From Haliscomenobacter hydrossis DSM 1100 (GTDB lineage: Bacteria; Bacteroidota; Bacteroidia; Chitinophagales; Saprospiraceae), in contig NC_015510.1 of assembly GCF_000212735.1 (NCBI RefSeq), positions 2,536,315-2,568,314 of the forward strand: 32,000 bases of DNA, in the 5' to 3' direction. A program made the translations under genes and the position numbers. Below the pieces are notes generated by a model. The model was not told where the DNA came from. It did no database searches and saw nothing but the letters and a program-made list of their open reading frames with translations. The stretch's first letter is position 1; each line of letters begins with the position of its first letter. Of the stretch, positions 8,101-14,873 are shown one piece after another.

Positions 8101-10019
8101 GAGGCACTGCGCCAGCGGCGATTGACGTCGGGTTCGGTACGGGCGGTAGCCAGGCGTTCGCGCCAGGTGCTAAAGGCCGAGGGCAGGTCATCGGGTTCCA
8201 TGCCGTTGTCGATGAAGTTGGCGGCGGCCATTTGTCCTTCCAGATCGGCGGGAAAAACGGGGAGTACCGCGTGCAAACTGGCCTCGCGGTAGTCCCAACT
8301 CTGCGGTGGGCGGGGACTGAGCAAGAGGCGGCGTTTCCAGCGCTGCAAGTCGGCTACGGGTTCGCTGCGCAGTACTTTGTTGCCCTGCGCAAAGGGGTCG
8401 AGTATGCCGTGGGCGTCCCCGAAGACGATCACCCGGTGTTCGGGGCAAAGTCGACTGACTTGCTCCAGCGTAATGCCTTGCGGATATTGGGGATTCCAAA
8501 AATGGAAAAATTCACTGCGGTAATAAAACACTTCAGCGTGTACGTCCTGATCGTGCAGCACCTTGACCAAATGGCGCAACAGTCGGCCCTGGTGGCTGGT
8601 TTCGTTTTGTTCATCCACCAAAAACAGGTAGTCGGCTGGCTTGGTGCTGCTGCGGAATTGCAAACGCGGGAATCCTCCGCTGGCAATGGTTACATCCACC
8701 GTTTTGGGTACGTCCACCTCTTGGCGCTGGCCTTCCTGGCGACGACGCAGGGCATCGGCGAGGCGAAATTGTCCGGCAAAATTGCGGATCAAGCCGTTCA
8801 GCGGGCGGAAGGGGATTTCGTAGGGCGGGCGGTCCGGCGAGGAAGTTAAGGGTTCGGGGGTTCGGGGGTTCGGGGGTTCGGGAGTTGGAGGGCGTTGCGT
8901 TTTTGCCCAAAGAAATAAAGAATAAAAAATGGCGGCAGCCAACAAGCCGACAAGCACCCAAAGGCCCCAGTTGTAGTTGGCAGTTAATCGGACGGGGGCG
9001 TATTGCAAATCGTACCAGGGCAAATACACCTGATCTTCCCCTACCCGCATGGTGGCGGAGGTGCTTGTGCTACAAAAACCACTTAAGCCTGGGCGGGTGA
9101 CCTTGAGTTCAACGCTGTAGCTCCCTTCTTCCAAATAGCGGTGCGTGGGGCTGCGCAGGGTGCTGGAGTCTCCATCGCCAAAATCCCAGTGGTATTGTAA
9201 GTCGGGCGTTGCTTCGATGACATTGGGGGTAAACGTATATGTTTCGCCGGGCGGTAAATTGGCGGGAAAATCCAATCCATCCAATTCTGGTGGATTAACA
9301 CAGTCTATCCTCAGGATGCTATCGAAATGGAAGGTGCTGTCGCGGCGTTTTTCGTATATGTCAACCGCAATGATTTTTTCGGAGCTGCCTTGTAAAGTGG
9401 TGAAAGGTACCTGCCAGCTTCGGAGGCCATCTGATTCCGCTTCGATGTTCCCGCTTACTTTATCTTTTAGACTCCAGTGGATATTGACATCAAGGGTATC
9501 AATGTTTTTGGTGTTGAGTGTAAAAACTGCGGTATCTCCCACCCGAATGGGCGTGATGTACGAAATCCCGATGGAAGTGGTTTGGGTTTCAGGTTTAAGC
9601 AGGGGATAAATGAAGTAGCCCAGGAGCGCCAATCCAAGCAGTGCCGGAAAGGTACTCCACCATTTGCGCAGCCAGGTACGCAGGTTTTTTAGCCAGATGC
9701 CTTTGGCTTCAGCTTTGTCTGCTTCGGTCGCGTTGGCGAGGATTTCGGCGTAATATTGGTCAAAAATGATGTAAAAGCGCTCTTGCTCGGCCTTGCTGTG
9801 CGCAATGACGGGCGCCAGCAGGTAGCGCAACTTCTGGGGTTCGTCCCAATGTACGCTGGCCGGGCCGCTGATGACTTGCAACAGGCGTACTTTCTCGGCG
9901 GGGCTGAGGTTGAATCCCCCGAGTTCAAGGCGGGTGAGCAGGCCGGCTAAGGGTAGGTCGATATGTGGGATTTCAGTGTCGATGGTCTTGATTGCTTTGT
10001 AGATTCCAAATTTACTCAA
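5151..10019 (-). CDS. Giant multi-domain membrane protein: PKD, degenerate CoxE-type vWA-like module, CarboxypepD_reg-like domain and C-terminal FGE-sulfatase (SUMF1) domain
   Basis: A continuous 1648-codon ORF runs from 10097 down to 5151. Three hydrophobic helices are visible: FPALLGLALLGYFIYPLL, WGLWVLVGLLAAAIFYSLFLW and FWRLLAFFVAFLVLVFSLLL. There is a PKD signature (YHWDFGDGDSSTLRSPTHRY) and a RRRQ..VDVPKTVDVTIASGGFPRLQFR..DYLFLVDEQNETS block. A GRVLDDRTGELVSGATM block suggests a carboxypeptidase-regulatory-like fold. The C-terminus has FGE-sulfatase motifs: GGTFVMG, LPTEAEWEYAARGG, NVWEWCEDRY, RGGSW and HLGFRLAL. There is no ATG or GTG in the first ~100 codons. The first 26 codons translate the arm of hairpin E, so I suggest the TTG at 10019. 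The start remains uncertain (10019 to 10097). Confidence 0.85.
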   Translation of the reverse strand: MSKFGIYKAIKTIDTEIPHIDLPLAGLLTRLELGGFNLSPAEKVRLLQVISGPASVHWDEPQKLRYLLAPVIAHSKAEQERFYIIFDQYYAEILANATEADKAEAKGIWLKNLRTWLRKWWSTFPALLGLALLGYFIYPLLKPETQTTSIGISYITPIRVGDTAVFTLNTKNIDTLDVNIHWSLKDKVSGNIEAESDGLRSWQVPFTTLQGSSEKIIAVDIYEKRRDSTFHFDSILRIDCVNPPELDGLDFPANLPPGETYTFTPNVIEATPDLQYHWDFGDGDSSTLRSPTHRYLEEGSYSVELKVTRPGLSGFCSTSTSATMRVGEDQVYLPWYDLQYAPVRLTANYNWGLWVLVGLLAAAIFYSLFLWAKTQRPPTPEPPNPRTPEPLTSSPDRPPYEIPFRPLNGLIRNFAGQFRLADALRRRQEGQRQEVDVPKTVDVTIASGGFPRLQFRSSTKPADYLFLVDEQNETSHQGRLLRHLVKVLHDQDVHAEVFYYRSEFFHFWNPQYPQGITLEQVSRLCPEHRVIVFGDAHGILDPFAQGNKVLRSEPVADLQRWKRRLLLSPRPPQSWDYREASLHAVLPVFPADLEGQMAAANFIDNGMEPDDLPSAFSTWRERLATARTEPDVNRRWRSASDHAEYLGYGSDLYRWFCALALYPSPTWEITLAVGAALDIPLNADSLLVLARIPSLQEGKINPRLRKELLADLQLYDEELARTAIANELEASLAEAAPGFANRALQTNLAVQRFALTPSSPESKAQVKLLLDQGWFNRLHIEDLGGVAVRELTPKRRSGPATKGGFTKQAPQAEEAYEQSYEQNISQSNTFFQQPDFPLNPDEPTLRRFLEGNEEIPQQETPEVAKPPKPPLINAAFWRLLAFFVAFLVLVFSLLLTDNDKLYRLAFGKDPGQQQFDPKTKLRSNIFIKEIIAVDSAVILNNQAVQVYKEQAFPEMLKNIQGGSNVPITVEHWPTVSQKLEQAQRYEEKNRLVLPQRTAALNLARLNYNRGVMFYNAWRRGTNLPEPTDRSIEQFRANRDLADQYFTGSNIRAVEQEAFQALALASKHAEGVIYFLTNTTNDPSLAEGIHYELDTLGFFDTTRIRPNLATLLQKEPSRLIDIFPGKAQNLSLEVQVNYYTNPNRDKSLRLRVLAVERAQPNNPAQRNARTRAPSFVLAQELPAKARDGTALFTLRSNLNRPGDLRRTDSLVAELIQINPNPNAIKVVARLAIAHPQRWGLPPVAVPPVPEDTVAILNGRVLDDRTGELVSGATMIYEWNTGSEIRSTRGQSTARGAFTLRRDLRRITGLTVKVNMEGYLPFERSFTQSQLRGLSNERFEDIRLQRVPEQTSPPPQNEQRPNIEQTTYKPIAPEMIRVNGGTFVMGCEDKRDKDCFESEKPAHEVTLGTYSIGKHEVTNAEYAAFLNDVTVNPNRVDNLDRYIEENEWGLQKTTVNGQTRWQPAKGYEKYPVIMVNWDGAVAYCRWLSNKTGQQYRLPTEAEWEYAARGGENGQKVKFKYAGSDRIDEVAWYGDNSKGTNPVGRKKANQLGIYDMSGNVWEWCEDRYGDYSSNKQTNPGGANSGSYRVTRGGSWSLSAGNCRVSARSGYAPTYRDDHLGFRLAL
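8846..8888. repeat. Half-arm of the GGTTCGRR element inside a CDS (four perfect GGTTCGGG octamers)
   Basis: TTAAG-(GGTTCGGG)x4-AGTTGG, with the octamers at 8851-8882. No complementary arm lies nearby. On the minus strand it is read in frame as PTPEPPNPRTPEPLT, immediately after the second TM helix of the giant protein. Confidence 0.9.
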
Positions 10020-10043
10020 TAATCTACAATGCAGTCTTAAAAA

Positions 10044-10231
10044 GTTGAGGAAGTTGAGAAGGTTGAGGAGGTTGAGGCTACCGCGAGCGACATTCAAAAG
10101 CGGCTCAATTTTTTGAACAGTCTCAAAAAGCGTTTGTCGCTTTCGTTTGTCGCTTTCGTTTGTCGCTTTCGTTTGTCGCTCGCGGTAGCCTCAACCTTCT
10201 CAACCTCCTCAACTTCCTAAACCTTCTCAAC
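10044..10231. repeat. Periodic-arm hairpin element, GTTGAGGA unit type, with a 13-nt tandem repeat in its loop
   Basis: The left arm at 10044-10092 is GTTGAGRA-type octamers plus GGCTACCGCGAGCGACA. The right arm at 10174-10231 is TGTCGCTCGCGGTAGCC plus TCAACYTY-type octamers. The loop carries about 3.8 copies of CGTTTGTCGCTTT (10131-10180). The element lies between the divergent giant gene and hmgA. Confidence 0.9.
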
Positions 10232-10276
10232 TTCTCCAAAAACCCTTAACTTGCCTCACCAAATAAAACCAACATT

Positions 10277-11434
10277 ATGCCGATCTACCACAAGCTGGGG
10301 AAAATCCCTCCCAAGCGCCATACCATTTTTGAAAAACCTGGCGGCGGCCTGTATTACGAGCAACTTTTTGGCACCGTGGGTTTCGATGGCATGTCCTCCT
10401 TGCTGTACCAGATCAATCGGCCCACGATGATCCAGTCCAGTGGGGAGTCCGTTGATGTCAGTCCCAAAATTGCAATCGCCAAAAACATCCACCCCCGCAA
10501 GCTGATTGGTTTTGATATTCCCGCCAAAGCCGATTATTTGGAGAGCCGCACTCCCCTACTCGTCAATACCGACATCCACATTGGTTTGGCTGCCCCGCAG
10601 CAATCCTTGCGCGATTATTTTTACAAAAACGCCGATGCCGATGAGTTGCTGTTCATCCACCGCGGCACGGGTACTTTGCGCACCCTGCTGGGCAATATCC
10701 CCTTCGAATATGGCGACTACTTGCTGATTCCACGGGGCATGATTTATCAAATCGACTTTGATACCACCGACAATCGGCTCTTGTACGCGGAGTCTTTTCA
10801 CCCCATTTATACGCCCAAGCGCTACCGCAACTGGTTTGGGCAACTACTGGAACATTCACCATTTTGCGAGCGCGATTACAAATTGCCCCGTGACCTGGAA
10901 ACCCACGATGAAAAGGGAGAATTTGTACTTAAGGTCAAAAAACAAGGCATGTTGCACACCTTGACGTATACATCGCACCCCTTTGACGTGGTGGGCTGGG
11001 ATGGCTACAACTTCCCCTACGGTTTTTCCATCCACAATTTTGAGCCGATCACCGGGCGGGTACACCAGCCGCCGCCCGTGCACCAAACTTTTGAGACCAA
11101 AGCTTTTGTGGTGTGTTCATTTTGCCCGCGTTTGTACGACTACCACCCGCAGGCCATTCCTGCGCCGTACAACCATTCCAACATCGACAGCGACGAGATG
11201 CTGTACTACGTGGATGGCGACTTCATGAGCCGCAACAACATCGCCGCCGGGCACATTTCCCTGCACCCCGGCGGGATTCCCCATGGCCCGCACCCCGGCG
11301 CATACGAACGCAGCATCGGCAAACAAAAAACCGATGAGTTGGCCGTGATGATTGATACTTTTAAACCACTAATGATCACCGAGGCGGCCCTGCGGATTGA
11401 TGATGGGGTGTATTTTCAGTCTTGGCTGGAATAA
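10277..11434 (+). CDS. hmgA: Homogentisate 1,2-dioxygenase
   Basis: 385 aa. From memory, the N-terminus MPIYHKLGKIPPKRHT and the C-terminal block HISLHPGGIPHGPHPG match the short bacterial HmgA form. A fumarylacetoacetase gene follows directly. Confidence 0.88.
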   Translation: MPIYHKLGKIPPKRHTIFEKPGGGLYYEQLFGTVGFDGMSSLLYQINRPTMIQSSGESVDVSPKIAIAKNIHPRKLIGFDIPAKADYLESRTPLLVNTDIHIGLAAPQQSLRDYFYKNADADELLFIHRGTGTLRTLLGNIPFEYGDYLLIPRGMIYQIDFDTTDNRLLYAESFHPIYTPKRYRNWFGQLLEHSPFCERDYKLPRDLETHDEKGEFVLKVKKQGMLHTLTYTSHPFDVVGWDGYNFPYGFSIHNFEPITGRVHQPPPVHQTFETKAFVVCSFCPRLYDYHPQAIPAPYNHSNIDSDEMLYYVDGDFMSRNNIAAGHISLHPGGIPHGPHPGAYERSIGKQKTDELAVMIDTFKPLMITEAALRIDDGVYFQSWLE

Positions 11435-11491
11435 TTTGTAGCAAAAGATTAGTACTGAATACCCACCTGCGGTGGCTATATTTTTCTATTT

Positions 11492-11572
11492 TCTCCCGCA
11501 GATCACACAGATTTACGCAGATTTTTTCCAAAAAGGACAGTATCTGCGTAAATCTGCGCGATCCGCGGGAGA
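11492..11572. repeat. 31-bp-stem hairpin (CGCAGAT family)
   Basis: TCTCCCGCAGATCACACAGATTTACGCAGAT pairs with ATCTGCGTAAATCTGCGCGATCCGCGGGAGA at 28 of 31 positions. All three mismatches are A.C on the plus strand, which would be U.G wobbles on the minus strand. The ORF-track extension of fahA (QITQIYADFF..RKSARSAGE) is just a translation of this hairpin. Confidence 0.88.
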
Positions 11573-11618
11573 ATTATGTAAAGATGCATCTGCCGTAGGC
11601 GGGTGCTATTTCAAATTG

Positions 11619-12851
11619 ATGATCATGATCTTTGAGATAAAAAGGGATTCCGATTTTTCCATCCACAATCTGCCTTTTGGCATTTTTTCCAGCGCGGGGC
11701 GTAGTCCTCGGGTGGGTGTAGCCATTGGTGAATCTATCCTCGATTTGCAGGCTCTCGCAGACTTGGGCATGTTTCCGCAGATTGATAAAGCCGTTTTTGC
11801 CCAAAACAGCTTGAATGCTTTTATTGCACTGGGTAAAACCTCAACCTCAAAGCTGCGCCTTGATTTGCAGCGTTGGTTACTGGAAGAACATCCTATTTTG
11901 CGCGAAAATCCGGCGGTATTGGTTTCCCAAAACGAGGCGACCATGCACCTGCCCATTCACATTGGCGACTACACCGATTTTTACTCCAGCATCGAACACG
12001 CCACCAATGTGGGTAAAATGTTCCGCGATCCGGCCAATGCCTTGCTACCCAATTGGCGGCACATTCCGGTGGGGTACCACGGGCGGGCTTCTTCGGTAGT
12101 GCTGAGCGGCACTCCGGTGCAAAGACCCTGGGGGCAAGCCAAAGGGAAGGACGATGTTTTGCCCAAATTTCAGCCCAGTGCCCGGCTCGACTTTGAGTTG
12201 GAAACGGGTTTCATCATTGGCAAGGATACCCACTTGGGGCAAGGAATCAATACAGCTGAGGCGGATGAATATATTTTTGGCAAGGTGTTACTAAACGATT
12301 GGTCGGCGCGGGACATCCAGGCTTGGGAGTACGTGCCACTGGGGCCGTTTTTAGCCAAAAACTTCGCCACTTCCATTTCGCCGTGGGTGGTTACGCTGGA
12401 GGCATTGGCGCCTTTCCGGGTAGCCGGGCCGGTACAAGAACCCGCCGTGTTGCCCTACCTGGAATATGCAGGCGACCAAAACCTGGACATTCAGCTAAAC
12501 GTTGTTTTGGAAACAGCCGTTGGAGTAAGCACCGAAATTTGCCGCTCCAACTTCAAATACATGTACTGGAACATGGCGCAGCAATTGGCGCACCATACCG
12601 TTAACGGCTGCAATGTACGGGTGGGTGACCTGATGGGCTCGGGGACGATCAGCGGGCCGACGCCGGATTCTTATGGGTCATTGCTGGAGCTGGCCTGGTC
12701 GGGTACGCAGCCGATTACACTGGCCGATGGCAGTCAACGGAGTTTCATCGAGAATGGAGATACGGTGGTGATGCGGGGTTTTGGGGAAAAGGATGGTGTG
12801 CGGGTTGGATTTGGGGAAGTACGGGGAAAAATACTTCCGGCACACAAATAA
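11619..12851 (+). CDS. fahA: Fumarylacetoacetase
   Basis: Family motifs are present: FSIHNLPFGIFS, GDYTDFYSSIEHATNVG, VGYHGRASS and NDWSARDIQAWEYVPLGPFLAKNF. I prefer the ATG at 11619 (or 11625) over the ORF-track start at 11472. Confidence 0.92.
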   Translation: MIMIFEIKRDSDFSIHNLPFGIFSSAGRSPRVGVAIGESILDLQALADLGMFPQIDKAVFAQNSLNAFIALGKTSTSKLRLDLQRWLLEEHPILRENPAVLVSQNEATMHLPIHIGDYTDFYSSIEHATNVGKMFRDPANALLPNWRHIPVGYHGRASSVVLSGTPVQRPWGQAKGKDDVLPKFQPSARLDFELETGFIIGKDTHLGQGINTAEADEYIFGKVLLNDWSARDIQAWEYVPLGPFLAKNFATSISPWVVTLEALAPFRVAGPVQEPAVLPYLEYAGDQNLDIQLNVVLETAVGVSTEICRSNFKYMYWNMAQQLAHHTVNGCNVRVGDLMGSGTISGPTPDSYGSLLELAWSGTQPITLADGSQRSFIENGDTVVMRGFGEKDGVRVGFGEVRGKILPAHK

Positions 12852-12956
12852 CCATATGCTAATTTCGCGCAGATGTTACACAGATTTTCTGCGTGACATC
12901 TGTGTGAACCAAAATTATACTCAGTAGTTTCATCAAAAACTTCTACGCTACCAACC

Positions 12957-13832
12957 ATGGCCATTAAAACCATCGACCCAAACAACATCAGCATTCCAGA
13001 ACTACAAGGCTACTTGCAAGCCGCCGTAGCGCCACGTCCCATTGCCTTTGCCAGCACGGTAGATAAAGACGGGCAGGTGAACCTCAGCCCTTTCAGTTTT
13101 TTCAACATGTTCAGCACCAATCCGCCGATTTTGATTTTTTCCCCTTCGCGGCGGGTCAGGGGAAATACGACCAAACACTCACTGGACAATGTGTTGGAAA
13201 TAGCCGAAGTATGCATCAACGTAGTCAATTACCCGATGGTGGAACAGATGTCACTGGCCAGTACCGAATACGAAAAGGGGGTAAATGAGTTTGTCAAGGC
13301 GGGTTTTACGCAAGTCCCTTCAACCCTCATCCAAGCGCCTCGGGTGGGTGAAGCCCCGGTTGCCTTTGAGTGCAAGGTGTTGCAAGTACTGCCCCTCGGC
13401 ACCGAAGGAGGCGCAGGGAATTTAGTGATCTGCCAGGTCATCCTCATCCACGTTCAGGAGCAATACCTGGATGAAGCCGGAAGGTTGGATACTACCAAAA
13501 TCGATTTGGTGGCGCGGATGGGTGGCAATTGGTATGCTCGGGCTTTTGGTGATGCCCTGTTTGAAATCCCGAAACCACTCTTCACCAGAGGAATTGGCAT
13601 CGATGCACTTCCTGAAGCCATCCGCAACAGCACGGTGTTGACCGGAAACAACCTGGGCCGTTTGGGGAATATCGAAGTATTGCCAGGGTCCCCAGAAATT
13701 GAATTGATGAAAAACGATGCGGAAGTGGCCGAGGCTTTGACAAAAGGCACCGACGCTTTACACCGACTCGCCCAACTGCGCTTGGAAGCAGGAAATACGG
13801 AAGAAGCATTAAAAATACTCCTGCTTAAGTAA
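12957..13832 (+). CDS. Flavin reductase-like (FMN-binding split-barrel) domain protein with a C-terminal extension
   Basis: The N-terminal ~200 aa carry RPIAFASTVDKDGQVNLSPFSFFN, typical of the flavin reductase-like domain. The C-terminal ~90 aa are unassigned. Confidence 0.8.
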   Translation: MAIKTIDPNNISIPELQGYLQAAVAPRPIAFASTVDKDGQVNLSPFSFFNMFSTNPPILIFSPSRRVRGNTTKHSLDNVLEIAEVCINVVNYPMVEQMSLASTEYEKGVNEFVKAGFTQVPSTLIQAPRVGEAPVAFECKVLQVLPLGTEGGAGNLVICQVILIHVQEQYLDEAGRLDTTKIDLVARMGGNWYARAFGDALFEIPKPLFTRGIGIDALPEAIRNSTVLTGNNLGRLGNIEVLPGSPEIELMKNDAEVAEALTKGTDALHRLAQLRLEAGNTEEALKILLLK

Positions 13833-13865
13833 GTCTTCTTAATTTCGCCCAAATTTTTGGACACG

Positions 13866-14720
13866 ATGAACAACAAGATATGTGTGGTGACCGGAGCAAA
13901 TTCCGGTTTGGGTTTTGAAACCGCCAAAGCCCTGGCTGCCCAGGGTGCGCGAGTGGTTTTGCTCAGCCGCAGCGCCGATAAGGGTCAGGAAGCACTCGAC
14001 AAGATATTTACCGCTACGCAAAACGATCAACTCGAATTGATGACGGTGGACCTGAGCTCGCAGGCTTCAATTCGGGAAACCGGGCAAAAAATTCTGACCA
14101 AATACCCCGTCATCGATACCCTGGTGAACAATGCCGGAACCTGGATTTCGAAACATTCACTGACTGAAGATGGCGTCGAAACCATGTTTGCGGTCAATCA
14201 CCTGGCCTACGTGCTGATGACGCACGTGCTGTATCCCGCCCTGCGCCAGGCGCCCGATGGCCGGATTGTATGTGTGGCCTCGGATTCACATTTCCAGTTC
14301 AAGATCAACTACGAGGACCTCAATCTGACGGATAAATACCACGGATTGCGGGCTTATGCTCAATCCAAGGGGGCCAATGTAATGTTCGTTTCAGAGTTGC
14401 ACAAGCGCAAACTGGAAGAGAACGTCTCCGCTTACGCCATCCAGCCCGGTTTGGTCAAAACCGATATTGGCGTAAAACGCACCAACTGGCTGCATGCCCT
14501 GGCCTGGAAAATCCGCCGCAGTGGTGGGGTAAGTCCGGCAGAAGGGGCACAATGCCAGATCTTTTGCGCCAGCGCAGCTGAGGCTCAGGGGCAAAGTGGA
14601 TTGTATTGGGACAAATGTAAGCCCAAACCTTCGGCGAAATACACGTATGTTGAAGAGGAGCGGGCCAGACTGTGGGAGATGTGTATGGAGATGTGTGGGA
14701 TTGAGAAATTTTTTGGTTGA
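13866..14720 (+). CDS. Short-chain dehydrogenase/reductase (SDR)
   Basis: Contains the cofactor motif VVTGANSGLGFETA (TGxxxGxG), NNAG, and the catalytic YAQSK (YxxxK). I prefer the ATG at 13866 over the TTG at 13857. Confidence 0.88.
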   Translation: MNNKICVVTGANSGLGFETAKALAAQGARVVLLSRSADKGQEALDKIFTATQNDQLELMTVDLSSQASIRETGQKILTKYPVIDTLVNNAGTWISKHSLTEDGVETMFAVNHLAYVLMTHVLYPALRQAPDGRIVCVASDSHFQFKINYEDLNLTDKYHGLRAYAQSKGANVMFVSELHKRKLEENVSAYAIQPGLVKTDIGVKRTNWLHALAWKIRRSGGVSPAEGAQCQIFCASAAEAQGQSGLYWDKCKPKPSAKYTYVEEERARLWEMCMEMCGIEKFFG

Positions 14721-14800
14721 TAAAGTTGATATGAGTTGATGCTACCGCAGTGACATGTCGCTGCGGCAGCATCAACTTCATCAACCTATCAACTTTATCA
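14718..14800. repeat. Periodic-arm hairpin element, GTTGATNN unit type
   Basis: TGATAAAGTTGATATGAGTTGATGCTACCGCAG - TGACATGTCG - CTGCGGCAGCATCAACTTCATCAACCTATCAACTTTATCA. Its first three nt are the SDR TGA stop codon. The inner stem GCTACCGCAG/CTGCGGCAGC resembles the inner stem of the element at 10044-10231. A perfect 16-nt palindrome, CACGATTTAAATCGTG, follows at 14804-14819. Confidence 0.88.
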
Positions 14801-14873
14801 ACCCACGATTTAAATCGTGAGCTAAACAAAAAAGGCCTCCTAATCGATTGACTAGAAGACCTTTGTGTTTTTG

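Noticed and set aside
10131-10180. Possible CRISPR array (regular short repeats here and at 347-402)
   Set aside because: The repeats are 13-16 nt long and directly abutting, with no spacers. There are only about 4 copies and no cas genes in the window. These are tandem repeats, not CRISPR.
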